Assembly: GCA_963701295.1 (NCBI GenBank)
Contig: OY969585.1
Location: 2,112,001 to 2,176,000 of the forward strand
DNA length: 64,000 nt
Direction of reading: 5' to 3'
Source of the DNA: Ignavibacteriota bacterium
GTDB lineage: Bacteria > Bacteroidota > Ignavibacteria > UBA10030
Shown here piece after piece: positions 30,333 to 40,377 of the stretch (position 1 is the first letter of the stretch; every line of letters begins with the position of its first letter). The position numbers and the translations under genes were made by a program. Below the pieces are notes generated by a model. It saw only the letters and a list, made by a program, of their open reading frames with translations, was not told the origin of the DNA and made no database searches.

Positions 30333-30896
30333 ATGGCATCAACTGCTGATTTTCGTGTTGGTATGGTTATTCGGTTCAATGGAGAATTACATCGGATTGA
30401 AGAATATATACATCGCACGCCGGGAAATCTACGTGCGTTTGTACAGGCAAAACTTCGCGGTCTCAAGAGCGGGCGTGTAACAGAAACGCGTTTTCGGTCT
30501 GGTGAAGAGGTGGAAGAAGTGCGTGTAGAGCAAAAAGAATTCCAATATCTCTTCCATGACGGTTCGAGCTATCAGTTTATGGATAAACAGAGCTATGAAC
30601 AGATGCCGGTAGATGAAACAGCTTTGGGTAAAGGTGCGCAATTCCTGAAGGAAGGTGAAACCGTTCAACTTCAAATGGTGGGGATGGATATTGTTGGAGC
30701 AGAAATTCCACAAAATGTGGAGTTGAAAATTATTGAAACTGTCCCCGGTGTCAAAGGTGATACTGCCACTGGAGCACAGAAACCCGCCACTGTTGAAACC
30801 GGCGCTGCGGTCAATGTGCCCCTCTTCATAAACGAAGGTGATATTATTCGTGTCGACACGAGAACAGGTAAGTATTTGGAGCGTGTAAACAGGTGA
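30333..30896 (+). CDS. efp: Elongation factor P
   Basis: FQYLFHDG...FMD..YEQ, PGVKGDTATG..KPATVETG..V.VPLFINEGD.IRVDTRTG.Y.ER. Confidence 0.97.
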   Translation: MASTADFRVGMVIRFNGELHRIEEYIHRTPGNLRAFVQAKLRGLKSGRVTETRFRSGEEVEEVRVEQKEFQYLFHDGSSYQFMDKQSYEQMPVDETALGKGAQFLKEGETVQLQMVGMDIVGAEIPQNVELKIIETVPGVKGDTATGAQKPATVETGAAVNVPLFINEGDIIRVDTRTGKYLERVNR

Positions 30897-30956
30897 TGCT
30901 GTTCGTCCATCCTAAAAAGGTGATTTTTTTTTACGTTTTTTCACACTGGAGACTTC

Positions 30957-31424
30957 ATGAACCTTTCTTACATAAAGAAGATCATTAAGTTGGTCGAGCA
31001 TAGCTCTATCGATGAGTTAGAACTCGAAGAGGAGGGGACGAAAATAAAAGTTGCGCGCAATCGCAACTCCGGGGTTTATGTGCAGACTGCGCAAGCTGCC
31101 CCCTTATCAGCATTGCCTTCTCATAACTCCCAGCATATGGAATCGACTAAACCCGTGGCAACAAATACTCTTCCAAATTTACAATATCATGAAGTTCGTT
31201 CTCCAATTGTCGGGACATTCTATCGTGCTCCAGCTCCCGATGTCGAACCGTATATTGAAATTGGGCAGTCTGTAAAGATTGGCACAGTTCTGTGCATTGT
31301 CGAAGCTATGAAATTGATGAATGAAATCGAATCAGATTGTGATGGAACAGTAGTAAAAATCATAGCAGAGAACGGAAAACCTGTCGAATATAACCAAATC
31401 CTGTTTCTGATCGAGAAGGCGTAG
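30957..31424 (+). CDS. accB: Biotin carboxyl carrier protein
   Basis: [23 protein letters not shown]. Confidence 0.96.
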   Translation: MNLSYIKKIIKLVEHSSIDELELEEEGTKIKVARNRNSGVYVQTAQAAPLSALPSHNSQHMESTKPVATNTLPNLQYHEVRSPIVGTFYRAPAPDVEPYIEIGQSVKIGTVLCIVEAMKLMNEIESDCDGTVVKIIAENGKPVEYNQILFLIEKA

Positions 31425-32797
31425 TGACTCAGCCTCGTTCTGGAAGCCGATTCTCCTTGTTCAAGAAAATCCTTATAGCAAATCGTGGTGAAATCGCGTT
31501 GCGGGTGATTCGAGCTGCTCGCGAATTAGGGATCAAAACGGTCGCTGTTTATTCCGAAGCTGATAGAGACTCTCTCCACGTCAAGTTCGCAGATGAAGCT
31601 GTGTGTATCGGTCCGCCACCGAGCAAAGAAAGTTATCTTAATATCCCGCGTCTGATCGCTGCCGCTGAAGTTACAGATGCTGATGCTATCCACCCCGGTT
31701 ACGGGTTCCTTGCGGAGAATGCAAACTTTGCGGATATCTGTGCCTCGTCTGGCATTGTGTTCATCGGTCCGCGTCCGGATGCAATAACTTCTATGGGAGA
31801 TAAGGCGCTTGCTAAAGAGACAATGAAAAAAGCAGGGGTTCCCGTCGTGCCGGGAAGCGAAGGTGTCATCTCTGATCTCAACAATGCAAAAAAGATAGCA
31901 CAAGAAATTGGTTTTCCTGTGATTATTAAAGCAACGGCAGGCGGGGGCGGAAGAGGAATGCGCATCGTGCGCGCGGCGGGTGAATTGGAGAACGCTTACT
32001 TTACAGCAAGTCATGAAGCGGAAACTGCATTCAGCAACGCTTCTGTGTATATCGAAAAATATATAGAAGAACCACGTCACGTTGAGATTCAAATCATGGC
32101 CGATCAATATGGAACGGTAATCCATTTTGGCGAGCGCGATTGCAGTATTCAGCGGCGGCATCAAAAATTAGTAGAAGAATCGCCTTCACCGGCTCTCACA
32201 TCGGAAATACGCGAGGCAATGGGCATTGCTGCTATAAAAGGTGCAAAAAGTGTAAAGTATCTCGGAGCAGGTACGGTAGAATTTTTGCTGGACAAAGACA
32301 AAAGTTTTTATTTCATGGAAATGAATACGCGTATTCAAGTCGAGCATCCTGTTTCCGAAGAAGTAATGGGAGTTGATTTGTTGCAGATGCAAATTCGAGT
32401 GGCAGCAGGAGAACGGCTTAAAAAAGTGCAAGCGAAGCCACAATGGCATGTTATTGAATGCCGGATTAATGCAGAAGACCCGGCAGCGGGCTTCCGCCCA
32501 AGTCCCGGTAAGATTACGAGCATGCATTTCCCTGGAGGTTTTGGTGTACGCGTTGATACTCACGTCTATACCGGATACTTTATTCCGCCCTACTACGATT
32601 CTCTTATTGCCAAGTTAATCGTTAAAAGTAAAACAAGGGAAGAAGCAATTACAAAAATGTATTACGCACTAGACGAGTTCGTTATTGAAGGAATCAAGAC
32701 GACGATTCCATTCCACAAGAAGTTGATGTTGGATGAGAAATTCAGGAGCGGTAATTTCGATACGAAATTTATTGAATCATTTGTGTTTGAAGAGTAA
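31424..32797 (+). CDS. accC: Biotin carboxylase
   Basis: [64 protein letters not shown]. Confidence 0.97.
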   Translation: MTQPRSGSRFSLFKKILIANRGEIALRVIRAARELGIKTVAVYSEADRDSLHVKFADEAVCIGPPPSKESYLNIPRLIAAAEVTDADAIHPGYGFLAENANFADICASSGIVFIGPRPDAITSMGDKALAKETMKKAGVPVVPGSEGVISDLNNAKKIAQEIGFPVIIKATAGGGGRGMRIVRAAGELENAYFTASHEAETAFSNASVYIEKYIEEPRHVEIQIMADQYGTVIHFGERDCSIQRRHQKLVEESPSPALTSEIREAMGIAAIKGAKSVKYLGAGTVEFLLDKDKSFYFMEMNTRIQVEHPVSEEVMGVDLLQMQIRVAAGERLKKVQAKPQWHVIECRINAEDPAAGFRPSPGKITSMHFPGGFGVRVDTHVYTGYFIPPYYDSLIAKLIVKSKTREEAITKMYYALDEFVIEGIKTTIPFHKKLMLDEKFRSGNFDTKFIESFVFEE

Positions 32798-32897
32798 ATT
32801 ATTGAACATGTGATAGTGAACGTAGTTGTCGAGCCTGATGTTCTTCGCTTGACGGCAGTTCTATACAAGAGTTCATATTTTATATCGTGAGGGTATC

Positions 32898-33278
32898 ATG
32901 AATTTTCCTGATAATTTGAAATATACAACCGAGCATGAATGGATTCGTATTGAAGATCACTATGGCTGGATTGGTATTACCGATTATGCTCAAAGCGAGT
33001 TAGGGGATGTCGTGTTTGTCGAAATTCCGGCTGTTGGCACAAAGGTTGAGAAAGGCAAATCTTTCGGTACGATCGAAGCAGTGAAAGCAGTCTCCGATTT
33101 GTTTGCACCGGTTGCTGGTGAAATTACTGAAGTGAACGCAGAGGTGAAGGATCATCCTGAAATCGTGAATAAAGATCCGTACGGAAATGGTTGGATGGTG
33201 AAAATAGCCATCACCGATCTTGCCCAAGTGAGCGCTCTCCTCAATGTCCAAGCATACAGATCACTCATTGGGAAGTAA
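32898..33278 (+). CDS. gcvH: Glycine cleavage system H protein
   Basis: YT.EHEW, GITDYAQSELGDVVFV, IEAVKAVSD, NKDPYG.GW. Confidence 0.97.
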   Translation: MNFPDNLKYTTEHEWIRIEDHYGWIGITDYAQSELGDVVFVEIPAVGTKVEKGKSFGTIEAVKAVSDLFAPVAGEITEVNAEVKDHPEIVNKDPYGNGWMVKIAITDLAQVSALLNVQAYRSLIGK

Positions 33279-33355
33279 TCTGCGTATTGCATGGATCAAA
33301 TAGGTGCAAACGATACGGAAATGCACACGCGTCTGCCTTGAGATTGGCTGAAGGG

Positions 33356-36025
33356 ATGGATAAAGTTGTGTGGAATCGTGGCACATCAAATGGTCTGATT
33401 TTTGCATCGCCGGTGAGACGCAACATCTCATCGTCTGTGCTTTTATTCAGCAGTGTTCTTCTCCTGCTGCTTCTCGTAACGGCAGGTGGATATTCCTTTT
33501 TGGAGTTCCGTCGTACTATCCATCAATCTAACCAAGCACTTGCAGCAGGTGTTCAACGAGACAGTATCATCGTCTTGAGCAAAAATATTTTTTCCGAGAT
33601 GGTCTTGTTATTCGAAAAAGGCCACACAAACCCTACACAACGATATTTACTTCAAACAAGACTCGATAAGTATAATGCACGGTATTCATTCGCAAAAGCA
33701 AAATATCTGTCACTTGTGAAAAACTCCGAAGATACGGTTGTGAGCGAATTACTTCCGCTTGCCGAAAAATATTTTTTACAGACAGATGCACTCATTCAAC
33801 GAATTATAGCTGCCCCCTCTACTCCGCTCAAAAGAGAAAGGGATGCAATGTCTGATGAACTCTTATCAGTCCATACTACCTACAATGCAATCGCGAATGG
33901 TGTTTTCCAAGACCTCTGGCTGGACGAGCATCGACAAACGATAGAGAGAGAGGCGGGTAAGTCCAATCTCATACGAGTGTATTACGTACGTTTGTTTGTG
34001 TGGTCATTGGTACTTAACAGTTTTATTGTTGTCCTTGCACTGCTGTTGCTTTATCGGGATCGTAAAATATTTTCCGGTGTGAGTCGACTCCAGGCGTTGC
34101 TCGAGAGTTCCACGAATCCGGTACTGCTCACTGATAGCCTTGGTATTACGAAGTATGCAAACCCAGCATTTGTACTTTGGAGCGGGATGAAGCAATCGTT
34201 GCTTGTCGGGAGGAATTTATTTGATCTAATGAAAATCTCTCGTCGACAAGAACAAGCTGAAAATCTATGGATCTCTGCTAAACCGATTCTCACATCCGGC
34301 AAACCATGGACAACCGAAATAGAATTTACACATTTAGATGGGCAAACAACTGTCTCCAGTATGTTCCTTTCTCCGATTCTTAGTGTACGCGGAAAGTTGG
34401 TGGAATGTATTGCTCAGTACAAGGACCCGACAGAACGGAAAGAGTTGACACAAAGAATTGTTGAGACACAGCAGGAGTATCGCAGTATTGTTGAAAGCTC
34501 ACTTGATGGTATTATGATTATTCAAGACGGGAAATTGGTGTATGTCAATCCCTCGGCTGTTCACCTGTTCGGATATGGACAATCGGAAGACATGCAGAAG
34601 CTGAATCTTGCCGATACCATCGCTCCTCCTAATCGAGCGTCTCTTGAAATTATACAAGAAGGACGTTTGTTAGGAGATGAAGTGCTGAGGAATTATGAAA
34701 TACGCGGATTGACGAAACAGGGAAAAATGATTGATCTGGAGGCTAATGCACATATCATTAAGTGGAATGACCGTTTGGCTGTTCAGGCATCATTCCGAGA
34801 TATTACAAAAAGAAAAATGCTTGAACGCGAACAATCACTCTGGTTATGGGAACAAGAAACGCTGAGTAACATCGACCGAAAACTTGTTGGTATTATGGAT
34901 CTCGAAAAAATATTTGCCGCAATCCTCCAACAGACGTTGAATCTCACACGCGCTCATTTCGCGGGTGTGCTTCTGTTCGATGAACAACAGCCCTCTGTGC
35001 GATGGAAAGCAATTTGCGGGAATACGCTCCAGCATACGTTGAAATCGTTTAAACCTCATGAAGCATTTGATGCTATATTGAAAAATGAAAGACCAAATAT
35101 CATACACGATTCCAATGCGAACGAACTTTTTCCACTCTCTCAAATTCCGATTATTGGAGAGGAGAAGATTGTTTCGACTGCGTGGATGCCATTGATTGTA
35201 GAAGGAAGACACAAAGGAATGATTGTGGTTGGATATCGGCAGAACCATGATTTTGTCGGGCGCGAAATGCGATTGCTTCATTCGCTTGCTGAGAAGCACT
35301 CTATTGCAATGGTCAACGCTCAACTCTATGCAGATCTTCTCCAACGTGAGAAAGAACTAGAGATTCTTTCCGGCGCGCGAGTCCAAGCGCAGGAAGACGA
35401 GCGAAGGCGCATCGCCCGGGAAATTCACGATGGTCTTGGCCAGATGCTTACAGCGATCAAGTTCAATCTCGAGATTTTGGAAGATATGATTACCGTGGGA
35501 CAGGAAGGACAGGATCGTATTCATGATATGAAAGGATTGCTGGACGATGTGATGAAAGAGGCGCGAGAAATATCCCATAATCTTATGCCGAGTGTTTTAG
35601 ATGATTTTGGATTGATTCCTGCGCTTCAGCTTCTCAGCGAACAGTTTACGAACCGGACAGCTGTGAAAGTTCATTTTCACACAAGCGGAATTACTGAACG
35701 CCTTGATCCACAAATGGAAATTGGGCTTTACAGAATTGCACAAGAATCTCTTAATAATGTCGCAAAACATGCTGAGGCTACAGAAGTGAATCTTCAGTTT
35801 ATTCGTTATCCCGAAGGTATTCGGTTGGTTATTGAGGATAACGGGAAGGGGATTACTGAAAAACCTGATATTGTTCGTGCGACCGGCAAAGGCGGTATGG
35901 GATTAGTAAGCATGCGTGAGCGTGCGGCATCTTTTGGAGGTATATTAACGATTGATTCAACGCCAAAAAATGGTACATTTATTACAGTAGAGATTCCATT
36001 AACAAAAGTTGTGATCCATGAATAA
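33356..36025 (+). CDS. Membrane PAS/PAS/GAF sensor histidine kinase (HisKA_3, NarX/UhpB type)
   Basis: Two TMs, two PAS domains, GAF-like region, ERRRIAREIHDGLGQ, YRIAQESLNNVAKHA, EDNGKG, GMGLVSMRERA. Start set at ATG 33356 to avoid overlapping gcvH. Confidence 0.9.
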   Translation: MDKVVWNRGTSNGLIFASPVRRNISSSVLLFSSVLLLLLLVTAGGYSFLEFRRTIHQSNQALAAGVQRDSIIVLSKNIFSEMVLLFEKGHTNPTQRYLLQTRLDKYNARYSFAKAKYLSLVKNSEDTVVSELLPLAEKYFLQTDALIQRIIAAPSTPLKRERDAMSDELLSVHTTYNAIANGVFQDLWLDEHRQTIEREAGKSNLIRVYYVRLFVWSLVLNSFIVVLALLLLYRDRKIFSGVSRLQALLESSTNPVLLTDSLGITKYANPAFVLWSGMKQSLLVGRNLFDLMKISRRQEQAENLWISAKPILTSGKPWTTEIEFTHLDGQTTVSSMFLSPILSVRGKLVECIAQYKDPTERKELTQRIVETQQEYRSIVESSLDGIMIIQDGKLVYVNPSAVHLFGYGQSEDMQKLNLADTIAPPNRASLEIIQEGRLLGDEVLRNYEIRGLTKQGKMIDLEANAHIIKWNDRLAVQASFRDITKRKMLEREQSLWLWEQETLSNIDRKLVGIMDLEKIFAAILQQTLNLTRAHFAGVLLFDEQQPSVRWKAICGNTLQHTLKSFKPHEAFDAILKNERPNIIHDSNANELFPLSQIPIIGEEKIVSTAWMPLIVEGRHKGMIVVGYRQNHDFVGREMRLLHSLAEKHSIAMVNAQLYADLLQREKELEILSGARVQAQEDERRRIAREIHDGLGQMLTAIKFNLEILEDMITVGQEGQDRIHDMKGLLDDVMKEAREISHNLMPSVLDDFGLIPALQLLSEQFTNRTAVKVHFHTSGITERLDPQMEIGLYRIAQESLNNVAKHAEATEVNLQFIRYPEGIRLVIEDNGKGITEKPDIVRATGKGGMGLVSMRERAASFGGILTIDSTPKNGTFITVEIPLTKVVIHE

Positions 36026-36689
36026 AATTAGAATTCTTCTCGCGGATGATCATCCAATGGTTCGAAGCGGCCTTATTAAATTGCTGGAACCCTTTAAAGA
36101 ATTCATCATCATCGGTGAGGCGAGCGATGGAGAAGAAGCTGTTGCGATGACGAAAAAATTAGAGCCTGATGTCGTCATTATCGATCTATCAATGCCAAAA
36201 CTCTCCGGAGTTGAAGCAACGAAAATCATCCGAAAAAACTTTCCCTCCGCGAAAGTCCTTGTGTTAACTATGTATGACAACGAGGAATATGTGTATCAAA
36301 TTTTGAAATCCGGCGCCGGCGGATACATGCTGAAGAATAGTGGTAGAGACGAGCTTGCGGCTGCTATTCGTGCAGTGGCGCGAGGTGACCGCTTCTTTAG
36401 TCCGCGAGTTTCTGAGATTGTGATGGAAGCATATCTCCGAAAGTCAGAAGGGCGGGACAATCTTCCAATGACTGACGATGATCTTCCATTGACGAAACGG
36501 GAAAGAGAAATTCTTTACTATATCGCTGATGGATTCAATAACTCGCAAATTGGAGAAAAACTTTTTATCAGTGCGAGGACTGTCGAAACACATCGAACAA
36601 ATATCATGCAAAAACTCGACATTCACGATGCCGCCAATTTAGTACGGTTTGCATTGAGCAAGAAGCAGAAGCCGCCTTCCGATTTATAA
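36018..36689 (+). CDS. NarL/LuxR-family response regulator
   Basis: ILLADDHPMVR.G, DLSMP, LTKREREIL, IGEKLFISARTVETHRTNIMQKL. Confidence 0.95.
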   Translation: MNKIRILLADDHPMVRSGLIKLLEPFKEFIIIGEASDGEEAVAMTKKLEPDVVIIDLSMPKLSGVEATKIIRKNFPSAKVLVLTMYDNEEYVYQILKSGAGGYMLKNSGRDELAAAIRAVARGDRFFSPRVSEIVMEAYLRKSEGRDNLPMTDDDLPLTKREREILYYIADGFNNSQIGEKLFISARTVETHRTNIMQKLDIHDAANLVRFALSKKQKPPSDL

Positions 36690-36780
36690 AGAGGTAGGAT
36701 GAGATTCGCTTCATGTGCTGGGTATTGACATTTCTTCTTCAAATCCTTGTTTTTTCCAAATAAATCAGACCTTTCCTATC

Positions 36781-36844
36781 TACGGTAATCTACGTAGACC
36801 TCTACGGTTCTTCCTGTATTCTTCAAATTACGGTGATCAGACGA
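36781..36844 (+). promoter_or_regulatory. Array of three TACGGT-initiated 16-bp boxes, putative NarL-type operator
   Basis: TACGGTAATCTACGTA (36781), TACGGTTCTTCCTGTA (36803), TACGGTGATCAGACGA (36829). Confidence 0.6.
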
Positions 36845-36937
36845 TTTGTCTTAATCACAGCCATACTATATTATACCCAGTCAATATGATAATATTTAGA
36901 AAATAAATAAAAATACTCATCCACCAAAGGGAAAAAA

Positions 36938-37324
36938 ATGAATAGAATTAAGGTTCTCATAGCTGATGATCATCGAGACTTTCGAAGAGTTGTCCATGAG
37001 TTTCTTGATCGGATGCCGAATGTGTCTGTCGTCGGAGAAGCAATAAATGGCGGGGAGGCAGTGGAGAAGGTCGAGCAGCTCTTTCCTGATTTTGTATTGA
37101 TGGACATTGCAATGCCGCAGATGAATGGTCTCGAGGCGACACGGATCATCAAACAACGATGGCCGGAAACAAAGGTTCTCATTGCGACAACATACGATGA
37201 TCCGACCTATCGTTTGCAAGCACTTGAAGCCCGAGCGGATGGATATATTCTAAAGGGATCATTAAAGCCCTCACTCGAAGCGACATTTGGCGTTCATCGA
37301 TTAGAGACACCAGCGCAAGAATGA
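36938..37324 (+). CDS. Single-domain response regulator (REC only)
   Basis: KVLIADDH, PDFVLMDIAMPQMNGLEATR, DGYILK; no output domain. Confidence 0.9.
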   Translation: MNRIKVLIADDHRDFRRVVHEFLDRMPNVSVVGEAINGGEAVEKVEQLFPDFVLMDIAMPQMNGLEATRIIKQRWPETKVLIATTYDDPTYRLQALEARADGYILKGSLKPSLEATFGVHRLETPAQE

Positions 37325-37375
37325 TATAAAAAAATAGGTCTTACGTAACATTAAAATAATCTGGAAAACTATTTA

Positions 37376-37825
37376 ATGTATACACTCAAAGTTCTTTCGG
37401 CTGATGATCATGAAAGTTTTCACCGGATAATTTCAACGTTCCTCAAAGGCACGTTCTCCTTTGATGCTACTTCACCAGTTACATATGGAACTTCAACAAC
37501 TATCATACCATATACATTCAATAATAATTCTATGACTGTGACTCCAATCGTAGTTACAAACTTGAATTCTTTTATAATAAATTCACAGCCTTCAGTTAAT
37601 CCAACGGGCACCTTGGCAGGTAATTCCGTGAATCGTAAATATACATTGAGTTTTAATGATACCGGATTTATTGCTGAAGCGCAACTTGCATATTTAGCAG
37701 CAGAACTTACCGGAACGGTAGCAAAATTGAAGAATTTCCAGGATGGAATCTCAAAAACTAACAAACTGGGTGGAACGTACATCCGCAATAATAATGTAAA
37801 TGGATTTGACTATCAACAGCATTAA
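37376..37825 (+). pseudogene. Chimeric ORF: 24-aa REC N-terminus fused to a Thr/Asn/Ser-rich beta-strand fragment
   Basis: MYTLKVLSADDHESFHRIISTFLK aligns with the neighbouring MNRIKVLIADDHRDFRRVVHEFLD, then switches abruptly near 37448 to a secreted-protein-like sequence. Confidence 0.6.
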
Positions 37826-38489
37826 ACACGAGGTGGTTATCGTGAAAAATGAAGGAAACATATTCATATTACAGTGCGAACCGAGAAGTTGTGCCCCTCG
37901 CGAAGATCATCATACTCGATTGGTTGAGTATGATGATCGGATGCGGCAAGAGGAGAAGAAGTACTCCCGGCTCTTGATGGAATTGAACAAATCCCATTGG
38001 CTTGATCAGTCCAGTCCTCATAAAAACGATAAACTCTATGGTTTCCCAAAGTATGATGTTGCTCAAACCATAGACGAAGGTCAATCAGATGAGCTGGAAG
38101 TGACAAGGTTGACGGGTGATGAAATTCTTTTTGGTAGTGGTCTCACGATGGAACAGGCACTTCTCAAGAAAAAGAAACCATCAGCGTTGCATGTTGATGA
38201 GCGTTTAAACAGAACCAGCACGCAACATGCGATAGTGTTCCAGTCCACTCTATCACCGCAAGAGAGAAATGATACCCGCTCCGCAAGGATAAAAATGATG
38301 CAGGCAGTATGTTGTAATACACTTGAATTTCATAGAAGAGAATCTTTTCCATGGGAATCTGTAATGGTAGAATCTTTTGGACTTGTTTTACAGCGTTGGC
38401 GAGGAGTTTGCTCTTTCTCTTTATCTGCGGCCTGTAGCCGGAATAAAGACAATATTGATGTAACATATCATCTGTCTTCCGAAAAATAA
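37800..38489 (+). CDS. Hypothetical ORF, possibly a composite of gene remnants
   Basis: 229-aa ORF with no recognisable domain, in a decayed region. Confidence 0.3.
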   Translation: MDLTINSIKHEVVIVKNEGNIFILQCEPRSCAPREDHHTRLVEYDDRMRQEEKKYSRLLMELNKSHWLDQSSPHKNDKLYGFPKYDVAQTIDEGQSDELEVTRLTGDEILFGSGLTMEQALLKKKKPSALHVDERLNRTSTQHAIVFQSTLSPQERNDTRSARIKMMQAVCCNTLEFHRRESFPWESVMVESFGLVLQRWRGVCSFSLSAACSRNKDNIDVTYHLSSEK

Positions 38490-38797
38490 TATCAAACTGG
38501 AGAATTGCTCATGCTCAGATTATACTCAAATATATGGAAAGAAATAATGGACTGAACGCACATTATCCGGACAATGACCATGCCCGTGCTGTCAAGTCTC
38601 GTTTGAATGTATTGGAGCAGAACCTCCACCGCCGAAAAATACAAAACATAAAAAACCAACCACATAATATTCGATTCAATATAGAGTAAGGCTGGGGAAG
38701 AAAAAGGATGTCTCCCACAGCCTTTGTCTTTGCATTTCATCTCTCTTCTTTCTACTTTCAAACAGCAAGTTAAACTTTAATTGAAAGCTGGTACTCA

Positions 38798-40195
38798 ATG
38801 ATTATTCAATTCCTCGGAGCAGCTCGAACTGTCACTGGCTCCATGCATCTCATTTCTGTAAATGGAACGAGAATATTACTCGACTGTGGCATGTTTCAGG
38901 GGAAACGATCGGAAGCATATGAACGCAATCGAAAGTTCCCATTCAATTCTGCCGATATTGATGCGGTTATGCTTTCGCATGCGCATATCGATCATGCAGG
39001 GAATCTTCCGAATCTTGTGAAGAATGGATTCCGCGGCCCTATTTATGCCACCGGGGCAACACGCGACCTATGCAATATTATGTTGTACGACAGTGCGTAC
39101 ATTCAAGAACGTGATATCGAGTTTGTAAATAAGAGACATCAGAAAAAAAATGAACCGCTTATTCAGCCGCTGTATAGTGTTATGGATGTCACGACTGCAA
39201 TGTCGCAGTTCATCAGCATTAATTACGAACAGCCGATACAGATAGCCAAAGGTGTTAGGGCGACATATCTCGATGCCGGACACATTCTTGGTTCTGCAGT
39301 AACGGTGCTTGAAGTGGAAGAGAACGGCAAGCAGAAAAAGATTGGTTTCACTGGTGATTTGGGGAGAAAGAATGCACCTATCATTAAAGATCCGCAACCA
39401 ATTGGCAGCGTCGATGTGCTGATTTCCGAAAGCACATACGGGGGAAAACTGCATGATCCGATAATCGGAATGAAGGATTCACTCTGTCAAGTTATTAAAC
39501 GAACGTCTGACCGCGGCGGAAAGGTGATCATACCTTCGTTCAGTGTCGGCAGAACACAGGAGATTGTCTATCTTTTATCTGAACTTTTTGATGAGGGCAG
39601 ATTGCCGGTTATTCCGATCTACGTTGATAGTCCGCTCGCAGTGAATGCAAGCGACATCTTTCGGTTGCACACCGAGTGCTTCGATGAGGAGATGCTGACT
39701 CACTTGCATGTGAACGAAGATCCGTTCGGCTTCAATCGGCTTATATACGTACGATCGGTAGACGAATCGAAGAAATTGAATTCACTCCAATCGTCGTGTG
39801 TGATTATTTCGGCATCCGGAATGTGCGAAGGTGGAAGAATTGTCCATCATCTTGCCAATAACATAGAAAATCCAAAGAATACGATCCTTATCGTCGGGTA
39901 TATGGCAGAACACACGCTCGGACGGCGGATAGTAGAAAAACAATCGGAAATAAGTATTTTTGGTGAAGTGCATAAGTTGAATGCAGAAGTGGTAGTACTT
40001 AACTCTTTTTCGGCGCACGCGGATCAAGATGAACTAGTGGAATACATTCAAGCAGCTGATCAAAAGCAGTTGAAAAAAATATTCCTCGTCCATGGTGAAA
40101 TTACTCAAATAGAAAAATTATCTTCTAAACTGAAAGAAGTTGGTGTGAAGAAAGATATCGACATTCCGGTAACAGGAGAAAGAGCCGAGGTGTGA
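38798..40195 (+). CDS. MBL-fold beta-CASP ribonuclease family protein
   Basis: FLGAARTVTGS, LLDCGMFQG, SHAHIDHAG, AGHILGSA, ESTYG, SASGMCEGGR, FSAHADQ, FLVHGE. Confidence 0.93.
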   Translation: MIIQFLGAARTVTGSMHLISVNGTRILLDCGMFQGKRSEAYERNRKFPFNSADIDAVMLSHAHIDHAGNLPNLVKNGFRGPIYATGATRDLCNIMLYDSAYIQERDIEFVNKRHQKKNEPLIQPLYSVMDVTTAMSQFISINYEQPIQIAKGVRATYLDAGHILGSAVTVLEVEENGKQKKIGFTGDLGRKNAPIIKDPQPIGSVDVLISESTYGGKLHDPIIGMKDSLCQVIKRTSDRGGKVIIPSFSVGRTQEIVYLLSELFDEGRLPVIPIYVDSPLAVNASDIFRLHTECFDEEMLTHLHVNEDPFGFNRLIYVRSVDESKKLNSLQSSCVIISASGMCEGGRIVHHLANNIENPKNTILIVGYMAEHTLGRRIVEKQSEISIFGEVHKLNAEVVVLNSFSAHADQDELVEYIQAADQKQLKKIFLVHGEITQIEKLSSKLKEVGVKKDIDIPVTGERAEV

Positions 40196-40377
40196 ACGTG
40201 AAAGTTTTGTTAGACGACGCCGGTGATTCGACGCGGTGGCTTTTTTGTATGACGATCTCAATAAAGCTTTTGCATAATCCTGCATATGGTTCACATGCCG
40301 GCTCGGTTCCAGCGGCACCGCACTTCTCCTGTGGGGAATTCCATCAAATGTCTTGTGAACAACTATGGATCTGACGA

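Noticed and set aside
30013-30342. 109-aa minus-strand ORF
   Set aside because: Overlaps the efp promoter and start, has biased composition and no recognisable domain.
31526-32164. 212-aa antisense ORF, and many similar short antisense ORFs in the track
   Set aside because: Shadow frames of well-supported genes such as accC; no independent motifs.
33191-33355. N-terminal extension of the sensor kinase
   Set aside because: Overlaps gcvH out of frame; ATG at 33356 has a purine-rich RBS and precedes the first TM.
38325-38374. GAATY recurring at a 15-bp period
   Set aside because: Only four short units with unrelated spacers; could be chance or a peptide periodicity in a decayed region.
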